A DNA stretch of 64,000 bases from Dehalococcoidia bacterium (GCA_963664375.1 OY761449.1:2845695-2909694); one strand, 5' to 3'. Numbered from the stretch's first letter, positions 9,462 to 18,936 are shown. The notes: a model not told the origin generated them from the sequence alone. Made by a program: numbers and translations.

Positions 9462-9634
9462 GGTATTCTCAACGTGTGTTGGTATTGAACGCGATTTGTC
9501 TGCTTGGCCCCGCCGCGTAGGGGCGCACAGCCGTGCGCCCGTGTCTGCGCAGGAGAGAATTGTGCCGGAACCGGGGGCCAGGGCGCACGGCTGTGCGCCC
9601 CTACATGGGAATACCAACACACGCTTAGAATATC
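9462..9634. mobile_element. MITE-like composite with about 25-bp terminal inverted repeats enclosing two 'gtaggggcgcacNNNNgtgcgcccctac' palindromes
   Basis: The left end ggtattctcaacgtgtgttggtatt pairs with the right end aataccaacacacgcttagaatatc. The internal palindromes are at 9517-9540 and 9581-9604. Confidence 0.55.
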
Positions 9635-9649
9635 TAATGATAATATTCG

Positions 9650-9678
9650 TTGACGAAAATCGTAGCAGGGCATAGACT
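9650..9678 (+). promoter_or_regulatory. candidate promoter for the PHP-domain gene
   Basis: TTGACG (9650-9655), 17 nt, then TAGACT (9673-9678). Confidence 0.3.
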
Positions 9679-9731
9679 TGGGAACGTGTCGTTCCTTAAC
9701 TAGCACTGGACGACGGAGGTGCAAGCTCCAA

Positions 9732-10430
9732 ATGGCCCGACTCTTCGACCTGCACATCCACACCACCAAGGGCAGCAGCGACAGCAGCCTTACCCCCGAA
9801 GACATGGTGCTTGAGGCCGACCGGCTGGGACTGCGGGGGCTTTGCATCACCGAGCATGCCGGGCCGTGGGATCGCCACGAATTCCAGAAATTCGCCGCCC
9901 TGCACAGCGTGGTGTTGATCCGGGCGATGGAGGTCGAGACCGACATGGGCCACATGCTCGCCTTCGGCCTCGACCGGTACCAGGCCGGGTTCAACAAGGC
10001 GGCCCAACTGCGCCAGGCCGCGACCGCCGCCGGGGGATTCGTCGTCTCAGCCCACCCGTTCCGTGGAGTGCTCAGCGGCAACGGCAACCGGTCCCGCGCC
10101 CTGATCTACCAGTCCGTTCCCGACGAACTGCCGGAAACGCCCGAGGATGCCCTGGACCACCCGGTCTTCAAGCTGGCCGACGCCGTCGAGGTGGCCAACG
10201 GCGGCACCATCGACCGCGAGAACGAATTCGCCTTCAAGGTCGCCGGACTGTTGGGCCTTCCCGTAACCGGCGGCAGCGACGCCCATTCTCTCCACGGCCT
10301 GGGTAAGTTCTTGACCGAGTTCCACGACGAGATTACCACCGAGGCGGAATTCCTCAAGGCACTGCACTCCGGCCAGTACCATCCCGTGACCGGGCTGCGC
10401 AACGGGGCCGTCAAGCGCTACACTGCCTGA
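9732..10430 (+). CDS. PHP (polymerase/histidinol phosphatase) domain metal-dependent phosphoesterase
   Basis: The internal ATG at 9732 gives MARLFDLHIHTTKGSSDS...ITEHA...GGSDAH, which matches the PHP motifs. Confidence 0.75.
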   Translation: MARLFDLHIHTTKGSSDSSLTPEDMVLEADRLGLRGLCITEHAGPWDRHEFQKFAALHSVVLIRAMEVETDMGHMLAFGLDRYQAGFNKAAQLRQAATAAGGFVVSAHPFRGVLSGNGNRSRALIYQSVPDELPETPEDALDHPVFKLADAVEVANGGTIDRENEFAFKVAGLLGLPVTGGSDAHSLHGLGKFLTEFHDEITTEAEFLKALHSGQYHPVTGLRNGAVKRYTA

Positions 10431-10448
10431 ACCCAAGGCCGTTTAGCA

Positions 10449-10562
10449 GTTCCCTCTCCCTCCGGGGGAGGGTTAGGGTGGGGGCGTCTCCCTGTGGCTG
10501 CAAATTCGCCAATGCCAGCGATTTCACCCTCGCCCCAACCCTCTCCCTCAAGGGAGAGGGAG
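10449..10562. repeat. inverted pair of REP-like units
   Basis: gttccctctccctccgggggagggttagggtgggggcg (10449-10486) faces tcaccctcgccccaaccctctccctcaagggagagggag (10524-10562). Confidence 0.9.
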
Positions 10563-10683
10563 AGTTAAGGGGCCTTGGCCTACCCCCATTCGCTTTTGCT
10601 GACATTTCGCCGTCGAATCCAGGCCAGCTCCGTGCTACACTTTATGCCGCGTCGCCCCAAGTCCGGGCGCAAACGGGAGTGCG

Positions 10684-13623
10684 ATGGCCTCGATTCACCA
10701 ACTGATTTCCCCTCTCGATCAGGTCTACGTTTCGCTGGACCTGGAGACCACCGGCCTCGACTACGAACGGGACACCATCCTCGAAATAGGGGCGGTGCGA
10801 TTTCGCGGCGACGAGGTGCTGGACACCTTCGAGACCTTCGTTAACCCCGGCCGGCCAATCCCCGACCACATACAGCGACTCACTGGCATCCAGCCCAGGC
10901 AGGTGGAGCGGGCGCCCGCGTTTCCGGTAATCGTCGGCGACTTTGCCGAGTTTTTGGGGCCTCACCCCGTTGTCGGGCATAACATCCAGTTCGATCTGCG
11001 GTTTCTGTCCTCCCACGGCCTTCCGGTAGCCAACGCCGCCTTCGACACCATGGATCTGGCGACCGTGTTCCTGCCCAGTTCGCGGCGCTACACGCTCAAG
11101 CACATCGCCGACCAATTCGGCGTGGAACTGCGCAATCACCGGGCGCTGGACGACGCCGTGGGAAGCAAGGAAATATTCCTGCGGCTGCTGCGCCTGGCGG
11201 CGGAGCAGGACGGCGGACTGCTGGCCTACATGTCGGAGATCGCCCGCCGCAGCAACTGGCCGCTCCACCCGGCCCTGTCCGGCCTTGCCGCCGCGCAATC
11301 CACGTCACCGGCATCCGTAGGGCCAACCGGCCTGAACATGGAGCTGCTGGCCCAGAGAGTAGAAGCGCCGGAAAAGCGGCGTCCGGCTGACGATCTGGAA
11401 CACGTGGGCGTTGAGCAAATTCACGGTATGCTGGGCCCGGAGGGCCCCTTCGCCAAGGCATTCGACGGTTTCGAGCACCGCCCGGAGCAGGAAGAAATGC
11501 TCGACACCGTGTCCGACGCCATCTACAACCAGCGCCACTTAGCGGTTGAGGGCGGCACCGGCGTGGGCAAGTCCCTGGCCTACCTGCTTCCGGCGGCCCT
11601 GTTCGCCGTGTCCCGGGGCCAGCGGGTGGTAGTCTCAACCAACACCATCAACTTGCAGGAGCAACTGATCGGCAAGGACATCCCGGCCCTCAAGCAAGTG
11701 CTGGAGGATTCCGGCCTGATGGAGCCCGGCGCACTGAAGGTCGCGCTGCTTAAGGGCAAGGCCAACTACCTCTGCCTGCGCCGCTGGCAGCAACTCTCGC
11801 GCAGCGAACTGTTGACCGCGGACGACGCCAAGCTCCTGTCCAAGACGGCGGTATGGCTGCAAGACACGGCGACAGGCGACCGCGGCGAAATCAACCTGAA
11901 CGGGCGCGAGGTACCAACCTGGAACCACGTATCGGCGGGCGAAAAGGGTTTCTGCCTGGACATGCGGGACGGCTCGCCCTGTTTCCTCCGTGCGGCCCGA
12001 CAGAGGGCCGAGCAGGCCCATATCATCGTCGTCAACCACGCCCTGCTCATGAGCGACATGGTGTTCGAGGGGCTGATACCGGAATACGACACGGTCATCA
12101 TCGACGAGGCCCACCACCTGGAAGAGGCCGCGACCAACCAGTTCGGTTTCGAGATACAGCAGGGCGAGTTCGACCGTATCTGGGAACCGGCCGGGAGGCT
12201 GTGCCTGGGCGTCATGCAGGCGCTGACAGACAACGATCTGGAATCGGGAATCGCTGACACCGGCCAGTCGGTCGCCGCCGCAGTGGAGGCGGAAGCGCCC
12301 CGGCTACGGGAAACGTGGGGACAACTCTTCACTGCCATCGAGGGACTCCACGCCAGCCAGCGAAAGGGGAGAAACCAGCAGCGCCGCCCGAACCGGAGCC
12401 AGGAGGCTGCGCCCTCTCAGGGAGACCAGAACCAGCTCCTTATAACCCCCGATGTCCGCAACTCCCCTGCCTGGTTCGACCTGTATCTGGCGTGGGAGAA
12501 CCTGAACACCCGGCTGGGACAGGCGGGAATCGCCCTACGAAACGTCCGCAACTTCCTCGACGCCAACCGGCTCCCGGCGGCGCAGGACCAGCAAGCCCTG
12601 ATGATGGAGGCGGCCTCGCTGGCCGACGGTCTCGAGGAACTGTCCATGCGTCTGGGTTCCGTCTTGGGCGAAGCATCACCTGCGACGGCCGAACAGGGTT
12701 CAGGCGGCGACGCTTCTGACCAAGCCATACACTGGGTAAACGTGAACCCGTCCCAAGGAACCATCTCCCTGCACTCCGCGCCGCTGGACGTCAGCCCGAT
12801 ACTGGCCGAGAAGCTGTTTGCCGAGAAGGATTGCGTCATCCTTACCAGCGCCACGCTGACCGCCGGGGGCAGTTTCAATTTCCTCAAGCGGCGGCTCGGG
12901 CTGGAGGACGACGCAGGCGAGTTGCTGGTGGGTTCGCCATTCGACTACGAGCGGGCGGCCCAAGCCCTGATTCCCGACGACATGCCCCAGCCCAACGCCA
13001 ACGGCTACGTGGCCGCCACTGCCGACGTGCTGGCCCAACTGGGGCAGCGGTTGCAGGGACGCACCATGGCGCTGTTCACGTCCCACTCATCACTGCGCGC
13101 GGTTGCCCAGCGGTTGCGTTCACAACTGGAGCCCCACGGCATTCCCGTCCTGGCGCAGGGGGTAGACGGGTCGGCGCCATCCGTCATGGCGGCGTTCAGC
13201 GAGGAGCCGGGGAGCGTGCTGCTTGGGACGGCCAGTTTTTGGGAGGGCGTGGACATGCCGTCGGGCCTGCTCAAGGCCCTGGTTATCACTCGTCTGCCGT
13301 TCCAGGTTCCCAGCGACCCCATCGTGCAGCGCCGCTCCGGGCTGTATGACGACCCGTTCAACGAGTATTCCATTCCCAACGCGATACTGCGGTTCCGGCA
13401 GGGCCTGGGCCGGTTGATTCGCAACAAGCACGACAAGGGAACCATCGTGGTGCTGGATTCCAGGATTTCCAGCCACGGATACGGGCAGGCGTTCCGCGAC
13501 TCGATGCCGCCGTGTCATCACACTCCGTGCTTTACCTCCAACGTGGGCATGCTGGCGGAAATGTGGCTCGATGGCGGCCGACAGGCCCGGCAGGGAGGAA
13601 GGCGTGGCAACCGCGGACGTTAG
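10684..13623 (+). CDS. dinG: DinG-family ATP-dependent helicase with an N-terminal DnaQ-like 3'-5' exonuclease domain
   Basis: 979 aa. The Exo I motif is YVSLDLETTGL, the Walker A is GGTGVGKSLAYLLPA, and the DEAH box is IIDEAHHLEE. GGGAG precedes the ATG. Confidence 0.85.
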   Translation: MASIHQLISPLDQVYVSLDLETTGLDYERDTILEIGAVRFRGDEVLDTFETFVNPGRPIPDHIQRLTGIQPRQVERAPAFPVIVGDFAEFLGPHPVVGHNIQFDLRFLSSHGLPVANAAFDTMDLATVFLPSSRRYTLKHIADQFGVELRNHRALDDAVGSKEIFLRLLRLAAEQDGGLLAYMSEIARRSNWPLHPALSGLAAAQSTSPASVGPTGLNMELLAQRVEAPEKRRPADDLEHVGVEQIHGMLGPEGPFAKAFDGFEHRPEQEEMLDTVSDAIYNQRHLAVEGGTGVGKSLAYLLPAALFAVSRGQRVVVSTNTINLQEQLIGKDIPALKQVLEDSGLMEPGALKVALLKGKANYLCLRRWQQLSRSELLTADDAKLLSKTAVWLQDTATGDRGEINLNGREVPTWNHVSAGEKGFCLDMRDGSPCFLRAARQRAEQAHIIVVNHALLMSDMVFEGLIPEYDTVIIDEAHHLEEAATNQFGFEIQQGEFDRIWEPAGRLCLGVMQALTDNDLESGIADTGQSVAAAVEAEAPRLRETWGQLFTAIEGLHASQRKGRNQQRRPNRSQEAAPSQGDQNQLLITPDVRNSPAWFDLYLAWENLNTRLGQAGIALRNVRNFLDANRLPAAQDQQALMMEAASLADGLEELSMRLGSVLGEASPATAEQGSGGDASDQAIHWVNVNPSQGTISLHSAPLDVSPILAEKLFAEKDCVILTSATLTAGGSFNFLKRRLGLEDDAGELLVGSPFDYERAAQALIPDDMPQPNANGYVAATADVLAQLGQRLQGRTMALFTSHSSLRAVAQRLRSQLEPHGIPVLAQGVDGSAPSVMAAFSEEPGSVLLGTASFWEGVDMPSGLLKALVITRLPFQVPSDPIVQRRSGLYDDPFNEYSIPNAILRFRQGLGRLIRNKHDKGTIVVLDSRISSHGYGQAFRDSMPPCHHTPCFTSNVGMLAEMWLDGGRQARQGGRRGNRGR

Positions 13624-14545
13624 CGCCAGCGCAGTTCCGCATACGCTCCGGTTCGACGCCGAGCAGCCCGTTGACTTGGAGGCCAGTCTGCTGGGCGGAC
13701 AGGCGCATCGCTGGCGGAGGGAGAACGGCTGGCACAGCGGCGTCCTGTGGGGCAACCTTGTCGTAACCCGGCAGCAGGGCCAGGCCATCGAATTCGCCAG
13801 CGCGCCAGCTACCCCCGAATCACTGTTGCACAGATTCCGGGAATACCTGCGGCTGGATGACGATCTACCGGCCATCTACGACGCCATCACGGGAGACGCC
13901 AACGTAGCGGCCCAAGTCGAGCGTTATCCTGGGCTGCGGGTGCTGCGGCAGGAACCCTGGGAATGCCTGGTTGCCTACATCTGTTCGGCCAACTCCAACA
14001 TCGAGACCATCCACCTGAACATGGAACGGCTCTCCAACGAATTCGGCTCGCCCCTGAAGCTGGCAAACCCCGATGCAGCGTCCGGCGAGCTATCAACATT
14101 CATGCGCCATTCGTTCCCCACGCCCGTGGACCTGGCAGAGGCAGGGGAGGGCGAACTGCGGCGGCTGAAGCTGGGATTCCGCGCTCCCTACGTTCACCAG
14201 GCGGCGGTGGCCGTGCTGGAGGGCCGCCTCGACTTGCAGCATCTCATCCGTGCGTCCTACGACGAGACAAAGGCGGAACTGATGGCCCTAAAGGGAATCG
14301 GCGACAAGATAGCCGACTGCATCGCGCTCATGTCTCTGGAAAAGCTGGAGGCGTTCCCCATCGACGTCTGGGTGCGCCGCGCCCTGGCCGACTGGTACTT
14401 CCCGGGACAGAAAACGCCGACAAACCGCACGCTGTTGCCATGGGCCCAGGAGTATTTCGGCCGCTACGCCGGGTACGCAAACCAGTACCTTTTCCACGGC
14501 CGCCGGTTACGCGACAAGCAACCGGCGACGAATGAAACTCGATAG
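13604..14545 (+). CDS. ogg: 8-oxoguanine DNA glycosylase (OGG1-type HhH-GPD)
   Basis: The track ORF starts at ATG 13571. The GTG at 13604 has AGGGAGGA 5-6 nt upstream. The HhH-GPD motif ALKGIGDKIADCIALMSLEKLEAFPIDVW contains the catalytic Lys and Asp positions. The gene overlaps the dinG end. Confidence 0.8.
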   Translation: MATADVSASAVPHTLRFDAEQPVDLEASLLGGQAHRWRRENGWHSGVLWGNLVVTRQQGQAIEFASAPATPESLLHRFREYLRLDDDLPAIYDAITGDANVAAQVERYPGLRVLRQEPWECLVAYICSANSNIETIHLNMERLSNEFGSPLKLANPDAASGELSTFMRHSFPTPVDLAEAGEGELRRLKLGFRAPYVHQAAVAVLEGRLDLQHLIRASYDETKAELMALKGIGDKIADCIALMSLEKLEAFPIDVWVRRALADWYFPGQKTPTNRTLLPWAQEYFGRYAGYANQYLFHGRRLRDKQPATNETR

Positions 14546-14849
14546 GGAGTCCCGTCAATTCAGTAGAGTCATCCTCACGGCACAACGCCGGCCTTTGGCC
14601 ATTTCCACGCCCTTATCAGGATTTAGTGGATATACGTCCCTATCGTGAACATCCTTGAATCCAGAATCAGGCAAATTGCTTTCGCGTTGACTTACTCCCC
14701 GGCGAACCCATATCATCGAATTGTCAAGTGACCGAAACCGCGTCAAACATACGACCGTCTAGACCGGCCCAACCAAGGGGTAAGAACTGATAAGACTGAT
14801 TCGCGTCATCGGGCGCACCATAGGCAGCGCGGTCAGCGAAAACATCAGG

Positions 14850-15194
14850 TTGACCGGCAGTGCCTTTTGCTCCCTGTTCGTTCTCTCCTTGATAGCCTGC
14901 TCCCTGGGCGTCCTGTGGTTCGGAGACGGCTGGCATACGCAAGAACCGCTGACCGTGGCGGCCAACATTTCGGGCGTGTCCTTCGCTACCGCAATAACCG
15001 CGATCAGCATCGGAGGGATAATCATGGTAATACCAAAAATCCCAAGGATATTCAGGTGGAAGTCCCTGGAAGAAGGTAGGGAAGAAGGGGAACGGATAGG
15101 AAGGCAGCAAGTTATGGAAGCTGCCGCCGAAGAAGTCACGGAAGAAGCCCTCGAACGAATCAAGGAACGCTTGCGGGAGCAGGAACGTTCCTAG
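14850..15194 (+). CDS. small membrane protein with an acidic C-terminal helix
   Basis: 114 aa from a TTG start (uncertain; the frame is open from 14784). It has 2 TM helices, then EEVTEEALERIKERLREQERS. It lies in an AT-richer patch. Confidence 0.4.
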   Translation: MTGSAFCSLFVLSLIACSLGVLWFGDGWHTQEPLTVAANISGVSFATAITAISIGGIIMVIPKIPRIFRWKSLEEGREEGERIGRQQVMEAAAEEVTEEALERIKERLREQERS

Positions 15195-15207
15195 AGACTA
15201 GCGCATA

Positions 15208-15326
15208 CTCATGATAGGAGTTACGCGGTTGGACAAAAATTCCCTCCTCCTTGAGGGGGAGGGTTAGGGTGGGGGTGAAATCCTCGCATCAGACACCGTA
15301 TCTAACTGCGTAAGTCCTATCATGAG
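15208..15326. mobile_element. MITE-like element B, copy 1 (REP core plus inverted ends)
   Basis: ctcatgataggagttacgcggttgg...REP...gcatcagacaccgta...ctaactgcgtaagtcctatcatgag. It shares its internal sequence with the copies at 26.9 and 56.5 kb. Confidence 0.7.
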
Positions 15327-15332
15327 ACACAA

Positions 15333-15360
15333 GAGCCCCAGCCAACGTTGGCTGGGGCTC
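15333..15360. terminator. perfect 28-nt palindrome between convergent genes
   Basis: gagccccagccaacgttggctggggctc. There is no clear U-tract. Confidence 0.35.
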
Positions 15361-15497
15361 TCAAGATATACGAAATCTCTCGGAGGTATTCTCAAGGTAT
15401 GCCGGCCTTCCAGTTGAACCGCCGATAGCTCTCCCGCTGTTCCTACTGCGAGCTTGTCAAAGGGCGCGGAAATGACAGCTTAATTTGACGACACTCC

Positions 15498-16139
15498 CTA
15501 GAGTGCCTGCCGCAGGAAGTAGAACGCTACCACAACCGCAAGGCTGACCAAGGTAGCCAGCAGGAGAGTCTTGACGAGACTCCCCCGCGCGGAGGACTGG
15601 CGGCGTTGCGCCCTGCGATGGTCCCAGGGCGCGACCTGCCGGCTGGACGACCAGATGCCGCGCTTGGCACGGCGGGCGTTCCGCTCGGCTTGTTCCAGCC
15701 CCAACTCCTGCCCGCCGTACTGGCTGTACCACCGGGCGAGACCATCCTCGACCATGGCCCGGTTGACGGAGCGTTGCGGGCCGAGCGAACGATAATAAAG
15801 GACACCGACCAGCCTTCCGTAGCGGTCGGTGTCTCTTGGTTCCAGCGTTAGATCATCCCTTCCCCGAACCAGACTGCTCAGACGCTCCCTCGCTTCCCGT
15901 CCAAAGTCCTGGTCGTGTTCCGGCGCGTCGATTCCATACAGCCGGACGCGGATTCGCCTGTCTCCGCCGTTTGCGGGCTGGACAATTAGCGAGTCCCCGT
16001 CCTGCACTGAGATGATTCGTACCGGGAAAGGGCGGCCCTCCCGGTAGCTTCCACTGCCGGGCCTTGCCAGTCGGAAAGGCAGGGGCAGCAGCTTAAACGG
16101 CAGGCTCACCAGCCACCACAATATCCGCCCCACAAACAA
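15498..16139 (-). CDS. membrane-anchored thermonuclease (SNase-like) family protein
   Basis: 213 aa: DGDSLIV...IRVRLYGIDAPE...YGRLVGVLY...AERNARRAKRGIWS, with hydrophobic N- and C-termini. Confidence 0.8.
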   Translation of the reverse strand: MFVGRILWWLVSLPFKLLPLPFRLARPGSGSYREGRPFPVRIISVQDGDSLIVQPANGGDRRIRVRLYGIDAPEHDQDFGREARERLSSLVRGRDDLTLEPRDTDRYGRLVGVLYYRSLGPQRSVNRAMVEDGLARWYSQYGGQELGLEQAERNARRAKRGIWSSSRQVAPWDHRRAQRRQSSARGSLVKTLLLATLVSLAVVVAFYFLRQAL

Positions 16140-16157
16140 CGCTGCCGTCTCAGCCGG

Positions 16158-17198
16158 TTAGTTCTGGGTCAACAGCAGCTTGCCGAAGAAGCTGGTTGCC
16201 TCCATCGCCTGGTGCGCGGCGGCGGCATCTGACAGCGGGAAGGCGCGGTCCACCACGGGCCGGACCGCGCCGCGGTTCAGCATTTCCACGATCTGGCGCA
16301 TGTCCTCCTTGGTGCCCATGTAAACCCCGTAGACCTCTTTCTGCTGGCTGAATAGCAGCCCAAGATGCAGCTCGGCCCGCAGTCCGGTGGTAGCGCCACA
16401 AATTCCGTAGCGTCCGCCAGCCCTTAGTGACGCAAATGCCGGGCCGAAGAAATCGGCTCCCACATGGTCAACCACGGCGTCCACGCCCGCCCCGCCGGTA
16501 ATCTCGCGCACGCGCTGGCGGATGTCCTCCTCTGTGTAGTTGATCACCTCGTCTGCGCCCAACTCCCTGGCCTTGGCTGCTTTCTCGGCGGAACTGGTGG
16601 TGGCGATGACCCGTGCGCCGATCACGTCCTTGGCCATCTGGATGGCCGCCGTGCCCACGCCAGCCGACGCGGAGAGCACTAAGACGGTCTGCCAGGGCTT
16701 GAGTTGCAGGCGGCGCACCAGCATGTTCCAGACCGGCAGATAGGTCGTCGGGATGGCCGCGGCCTGTTCGAACGTTACGCCGCCCGTGACCACGTGGGCG
16801 TTGGCGGCGGGAACGCTCAGGTACTCGGCGTAGCTGCCGTCGAGGGCGCTGCCCAGGAACTGTGAGCGGCGGCACAGGTCGTCCTGTCCGGAAAGACAGA
16901 CGGCGCACTGCTGACAGGACAGCCGGGGGTTGATTACCACGCGGTCGCCCTCTTTCAGCCCGGCGACGCCCGCGCCGACCGCTGCAACCTCGCCGGAGCA
17001 GTCGCCGCCGAGGATCAGGGGCGGCGGGAACTGCCTTTCAAGTCCCCGGTCGCCCGCCCTGGTGTAGAGGTCAAGGCGGTTCAGGGCCGTGGCCCGCACC
17101 CGCACCTTCACCTGTCCGGCGGCGGCTTCGGGTTCCGGGCGCTCCCCATAGGTCAAGACTTCCGGGCCGCCGTGCGCCTCTATGTATACCGCTTGCAT
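16158..17198 (-). CDS. zinc-type alcohol dehydrogenase / quinone oxidoreductase (MDR superfamily)
   Basis: The track ORF extends to 17399. The ATG at 17198 gives MQAVYIEAHGGPEVL...GGDCSGEV...SASAGVGTAAIQ. Confidence 0.8.
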   Translation of the reverse strand: MQAVYIEAHGGPEVLTYGERPEPEAAAGQVKVRVRATALNRLDLYTRAGDRGLERQFPPPLILGGDCSGEVAAVGAGVAGLKEGDRVVINPRLSCQQCAVCLSGQDDLCRRSQFLGSALDGSYAEYLSVPAANAHVVTGGVTFEQAAAIPTTYLPVWNMLVRRLQLKPWQTVLVLSASAGVGTAAIQMAKDVIGARVIATTSSAEKAAKARELGADEVINYTEEDIRQRVREITGGAGVDAVVDHVGADFFGPAFASLRAGGRYGICGATTGLRAELHLGLLFSQQKEVYGVYMGTKEDMRQIVEMLNRGAVRPVVDRAFPLSDAAAAHQAMEATSFFGKLLLTQN

Positions 17199-17226
17199 CA
17201 GTGGTTGCCTCCTGCCCTCATTCGGT

Positions 17227-17254
17227 GTAGGGGCGCACAGCAGTGCGCCCCTAC
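17227..17254. repeat. 'gtaggggcgcac...gtgcgcccctac' palindrome
   Basis: gtaggggcgcacagcagtgcgcccctac. It belongs to the same family as 9517-9604. Confidence 0.8.
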
Positions 17255-17266
17255 TGGTGACTGGTT

Positions 17267-17494
17267 TCAGGGACGCCTGCCGTAGAAGCAGTCGTCGCAG
17301 AGGAAAACGATAGCCAGGGCCTCCTCGTGGCTCCCGATGCGGCCGCACTGCGGGACATCCGAGTCCTGGCTCCAGGGCTGATGAAACTTGCCGCCGCACA
17401 TCTGGCAGGAGGTCTCGTTGAACCCGTCCAGGGCTTCCCCGCAGATTACGCAGGACTCCATTTCTCCCTGTTCGATAGGTGATTCCGCCATCAC
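17267..17494 (-). CDS. small Cys-rich (zinc-ribbon-like) protein
   Basis: 75 aa with CxxC...CxxC...C...CxxC spacing. It starts 3 nt after the cca stop. Confidence 0.45.
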   Translation of the reverse strand: MMAESPIEQGEMESCVICGEALDGFNETSCQMCGGKFHQPWSQDSDVPQCGRIGSHEEALAIVFLCDDCFYGRRP

Positions 17495-17496
17495 TC

Positions 17497-18762
17497 TTAC
17501 CTTGTAGCCTTCTCCCTCCCTTTTCCTGTTGGAAAAGGGTTTTCAGGCCGACCGCGGGTCAACAAGTCCCGCGCCAGTGCCCGCTCTTCTACGGTATCCG
17601 ACAGCGCGCCGTCCAGTCTCGCGCAATGCAGGTGGGCGAGTATCTCGCCAACAAGCGGCCCCTGGGGCGCTCCCATCTCCAGCAGGTCATCGCCGGTCAG
17701 ACTGGGGCGAACAAAACGCAATTCGTTGAGGTAGCTCAGCAGGGCGCGCCTCACGAACGGGTCCCCCGTCAACTTGGCTCTGGCTGCAATTGCTTGAGGC
17801 GCGAATGGTTTCAGGATGCAATACAGGCCGGATGGCCGACCGGCCGATTCCCTGACCGCCGTCTCTTTTTCCCGTAGTTCAATGGTATCACGGGCCACCA
17901 TCGCCCATCGCCCGGAGAGCCGCAGCCGCTGGATGACCGCACAGCCATCCGCCTCGCTTAGCGGGCTGAACAGGGCCGCCAGCCATTCGTCGGGGGCAAG
18001 GCGACCGTCATCGCATTCTGCCATTGCGCGGACACCGGCGTCATCGGCCAGGGAGCGGTGCAACCCTGACAGCAACCCCAGCTCCGACGCCCTCAAGAGA
18101 ACACGCCCAGGCTCCGCCTCCTCCAGGACTCTTTCCACCTCGTGCAGCCAGCGGTCTCCGCTTACGGAGTCCATGATGCCCGAGTCAACGGCTGAGGCCA
18201 TTAAATGCAACGTACTATCGTCGATGTGGAATCCGAATCGCTGCTCGTAGCGGACGGCGCGGAACATCCTGGTGGGATCGTCCACGAAACTTTGGGAATG
18301 AAGGACGCGCACTATGCCGGATTCCAGGTCGTCGAGACCGCTCACGGGGTCGAGAATGCCCCTGCCCGCGGGCCAGACTCGCAGGGCCATGGCGTTGACG
18401 GTGAAGTCGCGTCTCGCCAGATCGTCTTCGATGCTGCCCGCCGTTACGCGGGGCAGGCTGCCCGGCTCTGGGTACTCCTCCCTCCGGGCGGTGACCAGAT
18501 CGACCCGGCGCTCGTCGGCAACGACGGTGGACGTCCCAAACTGCGGATGCGCGGTTATCTTGCCCCCGGTTTCCCCGGCGAATCGCTTGGCGATTGCCAC
18601 AGCGTCGCCTTGGACGGAGAAATCCAGGTCGGCTACCGGGGAACCCAGCAGGGCATCCCTCACCGGCCCGCCAACGAGATAAATGCTCACCTCCGCCTCT
18701 TGCGCCAAATCCGCCAGCAAGCGGAACACGCCTTGCCGCCCTTCATCGAGGCCGGCGATCAA
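17497..18762 (-). CDS. cca: CCA-adding enzyme / tRNA nucleotidyltransferase family
   Basis: 421 aa: YLVGGPVRDALLG...DLDF...RRDFTVNAMA. Confidence 0.8.
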   Translation of the reverse strand: MIAGLDEGRQGVFRLLADLAQEAEVSIYLVGGPVRDALLGSPVADLDFSVQGDAVAIAKRFAGETGGKITAHPQFGTSTVVADERRVDLVTARREEYPEPGSLPRVTAGSIEDDLARRDFTVNAMALRVWPAGRGILDPVSGLDDLESGIVRVLHSQSFVDDPTRMFRAVRYEQRFGFHIDDSTLHLMASAVDSGIMDSVSGDRWLHEVERVLEEAEPGRVLLRASELGLLSGLHRSLADDAGVRAMAECDDGRLAPDEWLAALFSPLSEADGCAVIQRLRLSGRWAMVARDTIELREKETAVRESAGRPSGLYCILKPFAPQAIAARAKLTGDPFVRRALLSYLNELRFVRPSLTGDDLLEMGAPQGPLVGEILAHLHCARLDGALSDTVEERALARDLLTRGRPENPFPTGKGREKATR

Positions 18763-18936
18763 AGAGTACAGGCAGAGATTGCGGGCGTGCGAGGACGTGG
18801 GACTGCCTCCATTACGAGCGGGGGATACGGATTTACAACAAGGGTTACGCGCACTCTAATCGGGGCTTGAATTATAACATGTCCGGTTTGCTCTCCCTCT
18901 GCCGGATGATGCTGTGCCATAGGGCCAGCTACCGCT

